A stretch of 64,000 nucleotides of DNA from an uncultured Nitrososphaerota archaeon (GCA_963799845.1 CAWCYI010000006.1:1024001-1088000); one strand, 5' to 3'. Shown: positions 10,865 to 21,128, counted from the stretch's first letter. Notes: generated by a model from the letters alone, not told the origin. Translations and numbers: made by a program.

Positions 10865-11191
10865 TTACTCCAAACCCATGAACGTGTGAGCTTTGCTCTC
10901 GGACATTCCATTCCTTAATGTTACAATAGCATCGTTAGCTGGCATCGGAGCCCTCGGTCTTTCATCATCTAAGTTTCTGAGTAAGTAGCCATGGTCGCTT
11001 CTCAGGATGCCAATTTTCTTTTTAGTTTCTGGCAATTGGAATTTCGCTTCGAACAATGGAATGTCCAGAAGCATTGGCGTTATGCTGACCACTATCTTGA
11101 CTCTGTCATTCACTATTGTCACAGCTTCGACTTTCCCTACAACTTCCTGCCACTCATTCAGATGTATTGGATTGACTTGCATCTTGGTCAA
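10865..11191 (-). CDS. Hypothetical protein next to the tRNA fragment
   Basis: 108-aa ORF with beta-rich N-terminal part (EVVGKVEAVTIV...KKIGILRSD). Confidence 0.6.
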   Translation of the reverse strand: MTKMQVNPIHLNEWQEVVGKVEAVTIVNDRVKIVVSITPMLLDIPLFEAKFQLPETKKKIGILRSDHGYLLRNLDDERPRAPMPANDAIVTLRNGMSESKAHTFMGLE

Positions 11192-11528
11192 ACTGATCTT
11201 TGCACGGATTCAATATTAGTAAAGGTCAATTTCATGTGCGGGGGTCCCACATCTCGCACTCGGGATTTACTTGTAAGTCCAAACCCAAACTATAACCAAA
11301 GCTGCAATGAGAAAGGAATCAGGAAATTAGTAACCACCATATAGGTAACCGCATAGAAGGTACTTATGATGAAGTCGAGTTAGTGTACGTGCAAACGCCC
11401 CAATCGGAAAATGAAGTTGAGTACCCCAGTGTCTCCGAAGTTGAAACATTAGTATCTGCGATTCATATGTGATCTGAATACAATATGTGTAAACAAATAT
11501 TATAAACATGCAAATGTGGTATCTATCC

Positions 11529-11753
11529 ATGTCGAGTGTCTACAGTATCAGAGTGCCTAAGAAGCTCAAGAAAGACATCGAAAGCTTGGATAATATTGAC
11601 TGGCAAAATGAGACTAGGACCTTTCTAGAGGAGAGAGTGAGAAAGGAGCGTATCGGTCGTCAACTCGAAGCAGCAAGAAAGAACAAGGAACGTATGAAGG
11701 TCACGCTCAATGTCGCCCAACTAATAAGAGAAGATCGGGAACGCGTTCGCTAA
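11529..11753 (+). CDS. vapB: VapB-type antitoxin (RHH)
   Basis: MSSVYSIRVPKKLKK RHH strand, C-terminal LIREDR motif, upstream of a PIN gene. Confidence 0.85.
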   Translation: MSSVYSIRVPKKLKKDIESLDNIDWQNETRTFLEERVRKERIGRQLEAARKNKERMKVTLNVAQLIREDRERVR

Positions 11754-11798
11754 GTGTAAGAGGAGGAGAACCACCTGGAAGGCCTCCCTCCTAGTGCT

Positions 11799-12227
11799 TT
11801 GCAATCTTCAGTTATCGTCCTTGATTCATCCGCAATTGCATCGATTTTCTTCAAAGACAAGTCTGAACAGCGTGTTGCCCAAGTTATCAAAGGATATGAC
11901 AAATTCTCAACTGTAGACGTGGCCTATGCTGGGGTTGGAAGTGTTGCTTGGAAAAGTGTGGTACTATTCAAGGAAAAGATTGAACTAAGTCATTTAGCTC
12001 CCAAGCAAGCACTAGATTTCATTCAGGATAACTGTGAGGTGGTGTCAAGCAGGGAACTCTTGAACCAAGCATTTGAACTGGGAACAAAATGCAACTTACA
12101 GATCTACGATTCCTTGTTCCTCGTTCTAGCGAAGCAATTGAGAACCAATGTTCTTACGACCGATGAGAAGTTGTGCAATAAAATAAACTCGATCAAGGAA
12201 CTGCGCGGAATTACGGTTTTACCTTGA
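11799..12227 (+). CDS. vapC: VapC PIN-domain toxin
   Basis: VLDSSA, IYDSLFL, LTTDEKL. Confidence 0.88.
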   Translation: MQSSVIVLDSSAIASIFFKDKSEQRVAQVIKGYDKFSTVDVAYAGVGSVAWKSVVLFKEKIELSHLAPKQALDFIQDNCEVVSSRELLNQAFELGTKCNLQIYDSLFLVLAKQLRTNVLTTDEKLCNKINSIKELRGITVLP

Positions 12228-12682
12228 AAGAGTTGACTAGATAGAAAGCAAGGGGGCAAATTCGGTTTCTCAGTAGATGTGATGATTTTTTGGATTTTAA
12301 ACTAGACCGTTTGTCCTTTCGTGACTTGCTGCCGAACTAGTCCGTGCGGCGGTGAAATATTGGCTAGCCAGAATCAGCGTAATAACTGTGAAGATTAAGA
12401 GCGAGCAATTTTCAAACTGGGATGGCTGCGGGAATTTTCTGGTTAAGCTTTCCAAATTTCCATATCGAAAATCGGGATTTAAGTGGTTCGTGCGTGAGCA
12501 CACTCAAAAATTGATGATCTAGAAATATACGAGCTCCAACTGCTAAGAACGCGGAAATTACAAACGTGTCCCCACGCCAAGACTTGGACAGGGGGTAGCA
12601 CTATACAAGTTAGATCGACTACACTTGGCCCAGAAAAAATCACAAAATCATGAAATAGCCAAGTCTCATTAAATTCACAAAA

Positions 12683-13717
12683 ATGGAACCATACATCGCA
12701 GTCTGCGTCCAGAGTCGGATCGCAGACGCAAGGAACAAAGCTGACGTCATCGTCAACGCGAAGCACATCTCAGAATGGATCGACGCTGCAAATTATGTCA
12801 ACTCGATGGAAGGCACCGTCAAGATTGTCGCATTCCCAGAAGGAGCTCTCCAGGGTTTTCCAGATGAAGGTCTGGGAGCAATGAATCCTGACGATTACTA
12901 CGAGAAAGTAGCGATTGATGTTCCTGGAGAGATCACCGACCTGGTCGGAGAAGCGGCGAAGAAGAACAACACGTTTGTCCTGGTTCAAGCGAGAGTAAAG
13001 CTTCCTGAATTCACGGGAGATTATTTCAACGCCGCCCTTATGATCTCTCCAGCTGGAAGGGTAATCTATTCTACCTACAAACACGCTGTTTACGTTTCGG
13101 AACCCTCGACGACTCCGCATGATGTCTATGAAAAATGGGTGAGCACCTTTGGAGAAGATTCATTCTTTCCGGTTGCGAAGACCGAAGAAATTGGAAATTA
13201 TGGAGGAGTAATCTGCTTTGAGAGAGACTTTCCCGAAAGCGCGAGGGGATATGCTCTAAACGGAGCGGAGGTGCTCTACATGCCGAGCGGCCTTGAGCCT
13301 AGAGTAGCTCGCGGAATCTGGGATCTCCAGAGCAGGAGTCGAGCCTTGGATAACACGTGCTTTGTTTTGGCTCCAAACTGCGGCCCCTTTTACTCTGACG
13401 TCCAAAAGAAGAGCTGGAAGCCTGGATTTATTTGCGGAGGAAGATCAATGATAGTCGGCTATCTTGGTGAGGTTCTCGCTCAGGCGGTCGATTCGCAGGA
13501 GGCGTTTGTCGCCGCTCCGATCAATATCGATGCTCTAAGATATCACAGGAAGACCTCAACCAGGTTTAACCCGCTGATAAACCTCAAAACCGAGATCTAT
13601 TCTGGAATATACAAAAAGTCAATTTATCCACCCAACACCCGACCCAGGTCACGCTCAGAAAGAGAGCAAGCTCTTAGGCTTTCAAAGGAAAGACTTGAGA
13701 AAATGAAAGTCATTTAG
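12683..13717 (+). CDS. Nitrilase-related carbon-nitrogen hydrolase
   Basis: E-K-C triad context FPEG, YKH, ICFERDFPE; GRSMIV. Confidence 0.9.
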   Translation: MEPYIAVCVQSRIADARNKADVIVNAKHISEWIDAANYVNSMEGTVKIVAFPEGALQGFPDEGLGAMNPDDYYEKVAIDVPGEITDLVGEAAKKNNTFVLVQARVKLPEFTGDYFNAALMISPAGRVIYSTYKHAVYVSEPSTTPHDVYEKWVSTFGEDSFFPVAKTEEIGNYGGVICFERDFPESARGYALNGAEVLYMPSGLEPRVARGIWDLQSRSRALDNTCFVLAPNCGPFYSDVQKKSWKPGFICGGRSMIVGYLGEVLAQAVDSQEAFVAAPINIDALRYHRKTSTRFNPLINLKTEIYSGIYKKSIYPPNTRPRSRSEREQALRLSKERLEKMKVI

Positions 13718-13760
13718 GACAGCCGCGAGTTTCTGTCTAAGAATCGACAATCCGGTCAGC

Positions 13761-14132
13761 TCAGATCCACTTTACGTGGGGGAGACCCCTGAAGTGCTCA
13801 TCGCTAGTACATAGCTGTATTTCGAAACGACGGGCCGTTGCATAGATCAATGCGTCTGAGAAATGAAGCCCGTACTCCAAGCTATAATCAGCCGCTTCCA
13901 GCGAAAGTGTGTCGTCAACGGGCACTACGTGAGTCTGCGTAAGTGCTGCGACATTTTCCAATGCGATTTGCTCGCCTTTTATCTTCTTTACCTTCCTGTA
14001 CACATCGTACAGCACGACTACCGATGTAACTATCTCGGCCGGTCGAGTTTGGTCTATTATCTCATTATACTTATTGGCCTTTGGGCCGTTTGTAAATCGC
14101 TCGATCCAGCCGTAACTATCGATAGCAATCAT
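13761..14132 (-). CDS. vapC: VapC PIN-domain toxin
   Basis: IDSYGWIE, FSDALIYATA, TSDEHF. Confidence 0.9.
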   Translation of the reverse strand: MIAIDSYGWIERFTNGPKANKYNEIIDQTRPAEIVTSVVVLYDVYRKVKKIKGEQIALENVAALTQTHVVPVDDTLSLEAADYSLEYGLHFSDALIYATARRFEIQLCTSDEHFRGLPHVKWI

Positions 14133-14338
14133 TCAGGATCAGTTTCATCACGGAGCTCTTTTGTATCCAATCCAGGAGTCATGCCCTTGGTTTCTTTGAG
14201 AGACCGCACTGGAATGTAGTGAAGGATTTTGTGTTTTGAAATCGCGATCATTTTGTCCCCGGGCTTGATTCCGGCCTCTTTGCGCAGCTTCTCTGGAATT
14301 ACTACTTGATACTTTTTTGATACCTTCACTGTCTCCAT
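14129..14338 (-). CDS. AbrB/MazE/SpoVT-type antitoxin
   Basis: VKVSKKYQVVIPEKLRKEAGIKPGD; 4-bp overlap with the toxin gene. Confidence 0.9.
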   Translation of the reverse strand: METVKVSKKYQVVIPEKLRKEAGIKPGDKMIAISKHKILHYIPVRSLKETKGMTPGLDTKELRDETDPE

Positions 14339-14352
14339 GGTTCGCCCTATCG

Positions 14353-14402
14353 TAATACGTTGGATGTATCGATTAATACGTTGGATGTATCGATTAATAC
14401 GT
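14353..14402. repeat. 21-bp tandem repeat (2.4 copies) in toxin-antitoxin promoter
   Basis: TAATACGTTGGATGTATCGAT at 14353-14373 and 14374-14394 plus partial TAATACGT. Confidence 0.9.
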
Positions 14403-14679
14403 ATTGCGATCGTTGCTCTCTTCGATAGCCGATTTCCGAAAGAGTCTTGGTGACTTCAGAAGTGATCGACATTCTTACGAGCTACCGATAACAGGAATTC
14501 AATAGATTCCCCATGTATGATACTGCCTCACCAGCAGAAAAGTCCTCGAAACCAATGGAAAATTTCCGCTCTCGGCGTCTTGCGACCCACGTTGGATGAA
14601 TGTACTTAAACAAACGATGCAAATATCACGAAAATCAATCCATAAATATCCTCACACACATATATACACAGACTAGCTT

Positions 14680-14892
14680 TTGGGAACGAGGAATATCTCA
14701 ATATCCGACGAGGCTTATTCTAGACTCGCCGCACAAAAGAAAGAAAACGAGAGCTTCACTGATGTAGTTAACCGATTGACTGGCAAGCGATCGATCCTGG
14801 AGCTTGCGGGAATCCTCACAAAAGCTGAGGGCAAGGAGATTGCTTCCCGTATCGAAAAAGTGAGAAGGGAAAGCCGACGGAGAATTTCTTGA
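14680..14892 (+). CDS. vapB: VapB antitoxin (DUF217-like)
   Basis: TRNISISDEAYSRL...ESFTDVVNRL signature. Confidence 0.88.
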   Translation: MGTRNISISDEAYSRLAAQKKENESFTDVVNRLTGKRSILELAGILTKAEGKEIASRIEKVRRESRRRIS

Positions 14893-15302
14893 CGGGGATT
14901 GTGAATTTTACGCTAGCAGATACTACATTTCTAATAGATCTCATGGTAAATGATCCGAATGCTCTGGAAAAGGCGACCCAGCTTGAACAAGCTGGCATAT
15001 CTATTTCCGTGGGGACGCCAACGGTCTTTGAACTGTATGTCGGCGTATCGTTGAGCAAAAAGGCCCAGAAAGAAAAATCAAAAATAATTTCGACACTTTC
15101 TGCGATGGCACAGGTCCCACTCGATCGCGAGTCAGCAATTGCCGCCGGTTCTATCTATGGAGACAAAAAGAGGATCGGCGCCACGATCGATCCCGAAGAT
15201 GCAATGCTGGCGGGCATTTCAAAGGCAAGGGGCGAGCCGGTCATTACTCGAAACCTTAAGCATTTTTCCAACATCGACGGAGTCAAGGTCGAAACTTACT
15301 GA
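14889..15302 (+). CDS. vapC: VapC PIN-domain toxin
   Basis: ADTTFLIDL, VFEL, EDAMLAG, ITRNLKHF. Confidence 0.9.
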   Translation: MTGIVNFTLADTTFLIDLMVNDPNALEKATQLEQAGISISVGTPTVFELYVGVSLSKKAQKEKSKIISTLSAMAQVPLDRESAIAAGSIYGDKKRIGATIDPEDAMLAGISKARGEPVITRNLKHFSNIDGVKVETY

Positions 15303-15654
15303 CAGCTCACTTATTCTCTTTAGATTCTCACGTGGACGCGTAAAAGGCGAGCTAGGGAAAACTGGTGAACACTTGGGCTAAAAGTAACACTTGAGAGCTT
15401 CACTCCTTTTCGATGATAACCGTCGGTACACGTACTCTACGGGTGAAATTTGTTTCGACCTTTTGAAATCCAATTTATTTTTTTAATCCTCAAAACTGAT
15501 ATTCCAAATTTTCATTGTATTTGCCAAAGCCAGAGATGTTGGGATGAGTCTTTGAACTTCAAACCGTTGATCTCTTCTGGCATCTAGTGTTTGTGTCATC
15601 CCCTTAACTTAACTACTGAAAGTAGCCTTCAAAATCAACATCGGAGTTTGTGCT

Positions 15655-16081
15655 TTGTCCGCAGATGATTCACGAATCGCTCTATTCGAAGCGATACCGC
15701 TCTTCAGGGGTCTGAGTAAAGATGAATTGAAGGAAGTTTCGGACGGCTCTAAGGAAATGAGCTTTCAAACTGGAAACGCGATAGTCAAAGAGGGAGATTC
15801 GGGCCTGGGATTCTACATCATGGTAGACGGAGAGGCCGTTGTGAAGCGCAAGGGCAAGACGCTGTCCAAATTGAAAAGGGGAAGTTTCTTCGGCGAAATG
15901 GCGCTCATCGATGATCAGCCGAGATCGGCCGATGTTGTCGCGACGGAGCCAACAAAGTGCTTCGTTTTGATGAGATGGAATTTTTGGTCAATTGTCTCGA
16001 AGAAGCCCATGATAGACTCGCGGACTGCTTCAAGAGATGGCGCGACGCGTGCGAGCAACGAACAAAGCATTGACTGACTAG
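15655..16081 (+). CDS. Stand-alone cyclic nucleotide-binding (Crp/cNMP) domain protein
   Basis: IVKEGD, FFGEMAL, PRSADV; removing one base in TAGACT 16013-16018 restores the typical helix ARGLLQEMARRVRATN ending at TAG 16079-16081. Confidence 0.9.
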
Positions 16082-16159
16082 CGCCGGAAGCTCCGAATTA
16101 CAAAGAGATAGCTCTGAAAAAAGTTAAGACACCCAGAGCTTCGTTCCTGATCGCAGCAG

Positions 16160-18838
16160 ATGTCCGTTCGTTCGGTTGACTTGAGTTCATTTTATGAGCT
16201 TCTATACAATCCCGGCTATGCACCCGAGCGATCGCCAAAAGGGCATATTGAGAACCTGACCGTGGACGGGAAACCCGCCTTCATTTTGATGAATGAGGGA
16301 ACCGGGCAGTACTTCGAAGTGGATGAGACAACCAACGCCATCTGGAACCTGATGAATGGCAAGAACACACTAAACCAGATCTACGAAGAAGCAGTAAAAT
16401 TGGACGATTCCCTCACCGAAAAGGAAGTCAAGGATATCGTTGTTTCTTTTGCTGAAGAAGGTCTGGTAGAGTCAACCGAGCCTGAAGTCGAAGAAAAAAG
16501 GGTCAGAATAGTATCGGCGTTTCAGCTCGACATCAGTCTCTTGAAAGACTGCTCGAAGACACTTTCCGGATTTTTCAAAGTGACTCGCAAGTTGATCAAA
16601 AAACCGGAACTCTGGATCGCCATCGGAATCGTTATCGTGGGCTCCGTGCTTTTTGTTGGGAGCTTTTTACAGATTTTCTCAAACCCGAGCGATTTCGCTG
16701 TCCTCGGTTCGATCCTGCTCGGCTTGTTTTTTTATGATTCGATAATACTTTTGCCTGTATATCTGATTCACGAGCTTGCGCATGCTGTGGCGTGCGATTA
16801 TTACGGCGGAAAGCCTCGCGAAATTGGAACTGGTCTGTACTATCTCACTCCATTCTTTTACTGCGACACCTCCGACTCCTGGAGACTGGGAAGAAGGGCT
16901 AGGATAATGATATCCATCGCTGGACCTCTATCGACGTTGGTTATAGGATCGCTTTTCGTCTTTGCCACATATTTCCTCCCTCCCGGGTTTAGCAGAAACG
17001 TGCTTCAGATTTCGGCCTTTTTCTGTTTCTACGGGACCCTCATCAACTTCTCACCCTTTATCGAAACAGATGGCTACTACATAATTTCAGACATTTTGAA
17101 TATTCCTAACTTAAGAGACGAATCTTTCAGATATCTGAAAACAAAATTGTTAGGCCTTCTTGGTAGACCCGTAACTCAAGCGAGGTACAGCAAAGCTAAG
17201 AAGCGGATTTTTCTGATTTTTGCCCTCATCAGCTTCGGTTGGCTCTTATTCTTCGGCTATACCACGATCCGCTTGACATATCTCTATGGTCAAGACGCCT
17301 ACCGTGCGTTGTTAAATCTGCTCGAGACTTTGTTTAGACTACACCCCTTCAGCCTGACCGCGGTCGTTGTAAGTGCGGCAGCGGTGACTTACTTTGCACT
17401 CCTAGTGTCTGGATATTTCGTGATGGGAGTCGTAGGTTACAAGAAATTGCAAATGGGAAAGGTGAAGCTAGAGACAATCCATGACAAAAGGGTAGCGATT
17501 TTCCTTCCACTTCCGGCCTTTCTTCAACGTGATCAGGTTGCGGAACTTCTCAGCAACGCCAAGAAGATATCTCGCAAGTTCTCTCGCTCTTTTTCAGTCA
17601 TATGGGAGCCGCCGCTTAGCGTTGTCAGCATGAAACTTGGTAAAGTGGATCAAAGCCTGGACGATCTACGAAAGGATATGCTCACCGTAGAGCAATCATT
17701 CAAATCAGCACACAATAGTTTTCTTTCAAAAAAATTGAACAACTTCTTGACGGAAGGAGCTGATAGCAAGAAAATAGTTCGCGAGTATCTTAACGAGCTG
17801 GCAGATCAATTTCCCCCCTTTGAGCGGAGTGTCACTGTCCGGCAAGTTCCAAGGTTTCTCAAAGAGCAAAATGCACAGATTAGTTATCTTGTCCGGTCGG
17901 CGTTTGGGACTGTCTGGACACTGGAGCTGCCACCAAAAGATTACTCCAGATTAAGGCGCGATCTGTTCCCAAGCTTAATTGCCGAAGACCTTGCAGTGAT
18001 CGAGTCTGAAAGTGGACTCGAACACTTCAAAATTCATACCGTTTTCGGCTTGGATGCGTTAGCCAAGCTCTCTTTTGAAATCGAGAAAGATGTGAGTCAG
18101 GTTTACAGGCGGCCCGAGGTCTATCAAGCTACAGCCTTTATCGAACCGATCAGGAGCAGCCTAGTCTTCGTCGGAAGAACTGAAGGAGTGGAAGGCTCGA
18201 CAGTTTGGCTGGGCGGCCTGTTTCTGTATCAGGCCTGGGTCGGATATATCAGCGAGATTTTGTATGAATCCACGCTCGGATTAAGGTCAATCAGGCAAGC
18301 CCAATCTCACTCGTTCACGAAATCCCAAATGGCGAAACTCCTGGATCTGGAGATTGAAAAGCTGAGAAAAGACATGGATCAACTAAAGGGTCTGAAGAGA
18401 GCAGTCGACGCGTCCGTTGACAGGATAAGGAGCACTTTTCAGAGCGCAAGAAATTTTCACGATTCTCTCGTTTCCCTGCTCACCCAACAGAACTTCGACG
18501 TTGGATTGTACAGGCCCATTCTTACGACAAATGAAGACCGCCTGGCTAACGTCAAAGAGAAGATCCAGATGTTTCAAGATGAGTTCAACGGGGTGCTCGA
18601 CCTACTAGGCAAGATTACCGAAACGATTGACGAACTGTATGTGAAAAGGCAAGCTAATCTGCAAGATTCTACCGCGAAGAAAACTGGATATAGTGATTCT
18701 ATTTTCTCAAAGCTTCATATCGGCAACAAACCAGAGTCGTACCAACATACACCACCGTACGATTCCGCTGTCAAAGTATTATTCGCCACAGCTCGCTTGA
18801 CGTACAATGTCGTCCTTGTCAGTGATATTGTAATATGA
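16160..18838 (+). CDS. PqqD/RRE domain plus M50 intramembrane zinc peptidase with long C-terminal helical region
   Basis: N-terminal GQYFEVDETTNAIWNLMNGKNTLNQI...EEGLV; HELAH zinc motif; FYCDTSDSW, IAGP, NFSPFIETDGYY; multiple TM segments; heptad-like tail. Confidence 0.88.
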   Translation: MSVRSVDLSSFYELLYNPGYAPERSPKGHIENLTVDGKPAFILMNEGTGQYFEVDETTNAIWNLMNGKNTLNQIYEEAVKLDDSLTEKEVKDIVVSFAEEGLVESTEPEVEEKRVRIVSAFQLDISLLKDCSKTLSGFFKVTRKLIKKPELWIAIGIVIVGSVLFVGSFLQIFSNPSDFAVLGSILLGLFFYDSIILLPVYLIHELAHAVACDYYGGKPREIGTGLYYLTPFFYCDTSDSWRLGRRARIMISIAGPLSTLVIGSLFVFATYFLPPGFSRNVLQISAFFCFYGTLINFSPFIETDGYYIISDILNIPNLRDESFRYLKTKLLGLLGRPVTQARYSKAKKRIFLIFALISFGWLLFFGYTTIRLTYLYGQDAYRALLNLLETLFRLHPFSLTAVVVSAAAVTYFALLVSGYFVMGVVGYKKLQMGKVKLETIHDKRVAIFLPLPAFLQRDQVAELLSNAKKISRKFSRSFSVIWEPPLSVVSMKLGKVDQSLDDLRKDMLTVEQSFKSAHNSFLSKKLNNFLTEGADSKKIVREYLNELADQFPPFERSVTVRQVPRFLKEQNAQISYLVRSAFGTVWTLELPPKDYSRLRRDLFPSLIAEDLAVIESESGLEHFKIHTVFGLDALAKLSFEIEKDVSQVYRRPEVYQATAFIEPIRSSLVFVGRTEGVEGSTVWLGGLFLYQAWVGYISEILYESTLGLRSIRQAQSHSFTKSQMAKLLDLEIEKLRKDMDQLKGLKRAVDASVDRIRSTFQSARNFHDSLVSLLTQQNFDVGLYRPILTTNEDRLANVKEKIQMFQDEFNGVLDLLGKITETIDELYVKRQANLQDSTAKKTGYSDSIFSKLHIGNKPESYQHTPPYDSAVKVLFATARLTYNVVLVSDIVI

Positions 18839-18955
18839 CAAGCGGGCGGGCTCAGCACTTTATTTCGGGATATCTTCCTGTGAGAATGGGGCGTTCTTGA
18901 AAGTAACCAATCTTTGGGGAAGGGTAAAAACTTCGATACGGAGTTTTAACTTTCT

Positions 18956-19150
18956 TCAATGAACCAGACTTTCCTTGAGACAAGCCAAGATGAGTAAGAT
19001 TTTTGCGCAGGTTACAAGAAACGCGAAAAAGAAAAAGAAACGGAGAGACGTACGTCGTCCCTCCGTGATACGCCGAGCGATTGCTAACGTAGGCCTTTTA
19101 CGGACTTGTTCTGTCTTTTCTTTCAGCTTCTTGATTCTTTTTTCAGCCAT
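18956..19150 (-). CDS. 64-aa peptide with basic leader and hydrophobic Cys-containing C-terminus; candidate precursor
   Basis: MAEKRIKKLKEK...RRTSL-RFFFFFAFLVTCAKILLILAC; TATA-like GATATATT about 40 nt upstream; an antisense ORF of similar size also exists. Confidence 0.5.
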   Translation of the reverse strand: MAEKRIKKLKEKTEQVRKRPTLAIARRITEGRRTSLRFFFFFAFLVTCAKILLILACLKESLVH

Positions 19151-19344
19151 TTCTTAATTCAGCGAGCTTACAAGATACACCCGTGAAATATATCTGCTCC
19201 TACCACTGGCGAAACTGAGCAGTAGTAAAAATTTGGCTCTGCCAATCTGGCCAGAATTAGAATGCATATATTCGATGCGTTATTTCACAAACGAGTAGCC
19301 GGACATTCTTTATCCATTGGCGCTAGGAGATTGATCTACAGCTG

Positions 19345-20548
19345 TTGTCCTCATTCGCATCGGCGGAAGATCTGGTACCTCTCTTTCATCAACTAGGGCT
19401 TAATCTCTACGAATCCAAGGCGTACGCCACCCTACTTGCAAAAGGGCATGTCTCTCCGAGGGAGCTTGGCGGGTTGACATCCATCCCCCAAAGCAGAACT
19501 TACGACACTCTCTTGAGCCTGAAGGGGAAGGGTTTTGCCCTAACCACTCCTTCATCGTCGATGGCGGTCTACACAGCCGCTGATCCTTCGAAGCTCCTCT
19601 CAAGCCTATACTCAAAGAAAAGGAAAGAGATCCAGGAACAAATGATAAAGCTCCACGAGGAAACGGAACGTAAGCTCGAGACTCTCTACGATGTCTATTC
19701 ACAGGCATTGGAGAAGGTCGCTTCACTTTCTGAACAACGGCCAGCCCAGATTGCAACCGAGCCCGTCTTTGTAATCGAGGGCAACGACAACATCGAGAAT
19801 GCCATGCTGACAATGATAGGCAAGGCGGAGAAGGAGTTTCTTCGAATCACAAGGCCTCCATCGATCGGGAAGTGGATGTTTGACCCTTTTTACTTCACGA
19901 AAGGACGAACATCTGGCCGTCTGAACGAAGCGCGAGAGCGGGGAGTAGCAATTCGAACGCTCAGTTTACCGAGCGAGATTCCCTCGCTGCTAGGATTACA
20001 TATCGAAGTCGAAGAATTCAAGGAAAGGAGGTATCTTGACAAGGCCGACGACATTTACGAAAAATTTATTCTCGTGGACGAACGGATTGCACTTCTCAAT
20101 CTCAGAGATCCTGTATCGAAGACTTTCGGCTCTATTGCGCTCATGATTGAATCAAAGCCGACATGCTCGATTCTTAAGCAACACTTCGAGGTAATGTGGA
20201 AAAAGGGGAACAACGTTTCAAACATAGTGAAAAGAATGAATGAAGCAACAATAGAAGCGTGTCTCGCGATGAGGGAGACAGATTTTCCCAAACTAGAATG
20301 CGCGATATACAAAATCCTTGCAAATGAAGGCGCGATGGATGAAGACTCCCTTGCAACTCGGCTCGCGGTAAGGGGTCGAACCTTGACGGAAGTTCATCAA
20401 GTCTATCAAAAAACTCGACAAGCGAGGTTTCCTACTTGGAAGCGATTCGCCAAAGCTTGTAATGGCAGAGAACCCTCTGAAGCTCCTTTCGGATCTTGGT
20501 CGCAAGAGGACTCGAAGCACAGCGAGTTCAAAGAAGGTGAGAGGTTAG
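19345..20548 (+). CDS. TrmB family transcriptional regulator with probable second C-terminal HTH
   Basis: LGLNLYESKAY, IPQSRTYDTLLSL, KFILVDER; +1 shift near 20388 gives FIKSIKKLDKRGFL...ENPLKLL ending at TAG 20548. Confidence 0.85.
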
Positions 20549-20604
20549 ACAGAAAAGTCGATTCTACTGATAGATGCTCTGAAAAGATAACTCGAGTTAA
20601 TTCA

Positions 20605-20976
20605 GCTAAGAATTATTCTTTGAAAGCTCAGCAGTAATTCCCGCGGCGGTCATTTCAATGCCCTCGGCAGGGTGATCGCCAACTACTCATGCATCATGTC
20701 CCGGTGGCACAGAACACACGTCCCCTGGTCCGCTTTCAAATTCGGTTCCGTCTTTCAGCTTCCAGTGTAACCTACCCGAAATCTGATATTGAAGGTGGGA
20801 AACCTCGCACCACTCTGTCTTGACTATCGGCTTAATATCACTCGACCATCTCCACCCCTTTTGAGCTACAAACCTGGCTACTTTCATGCGTCCGACGTTA
20901 ACCAGTTCTATCTTTGCGCGCTCCATTTCTCTATCTCTTTCGAGTCTGAAACATTCTTCTGCTCATAGCTAGGCAT
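20605..20976 (-). pseudogene. Cupin-domain protein pseudogene
   Basis: GWRWSSDIKP, CEVSH, SGRLH, PPGHDA*VVGD (TGA where Trp is expected) plus an N-terminal frameshift. Confidence 0.8.
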
Positions 20977-21128
20977 GGCGCATCTCTCTCAATGCCATTT
21001 TTGTTTTTGTCTTGTTGTTCGTCATTCATCAAACAACAGCGTGTATTAGGGGTCGGGTCCAGTTAGTCTAAGAAAAGCATGAGGCAGAGATTGGCAAGGT
21101 CCCCAAGGGAGCAGGTATTTATGGAAGG

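Noticed and set aside
14353-14402. CRISPR array
   Set aside because: Repeats are head-to-tail without spacers and no cas genes are present; the same holds for the 63-bp and AGCT repeats
20687-20689. Selenocysteine or other TGA recoding in the cupin
   Set aside because: The position corresponds to a conserved Trp and the gene also has a frameshift; simple decay is more likely
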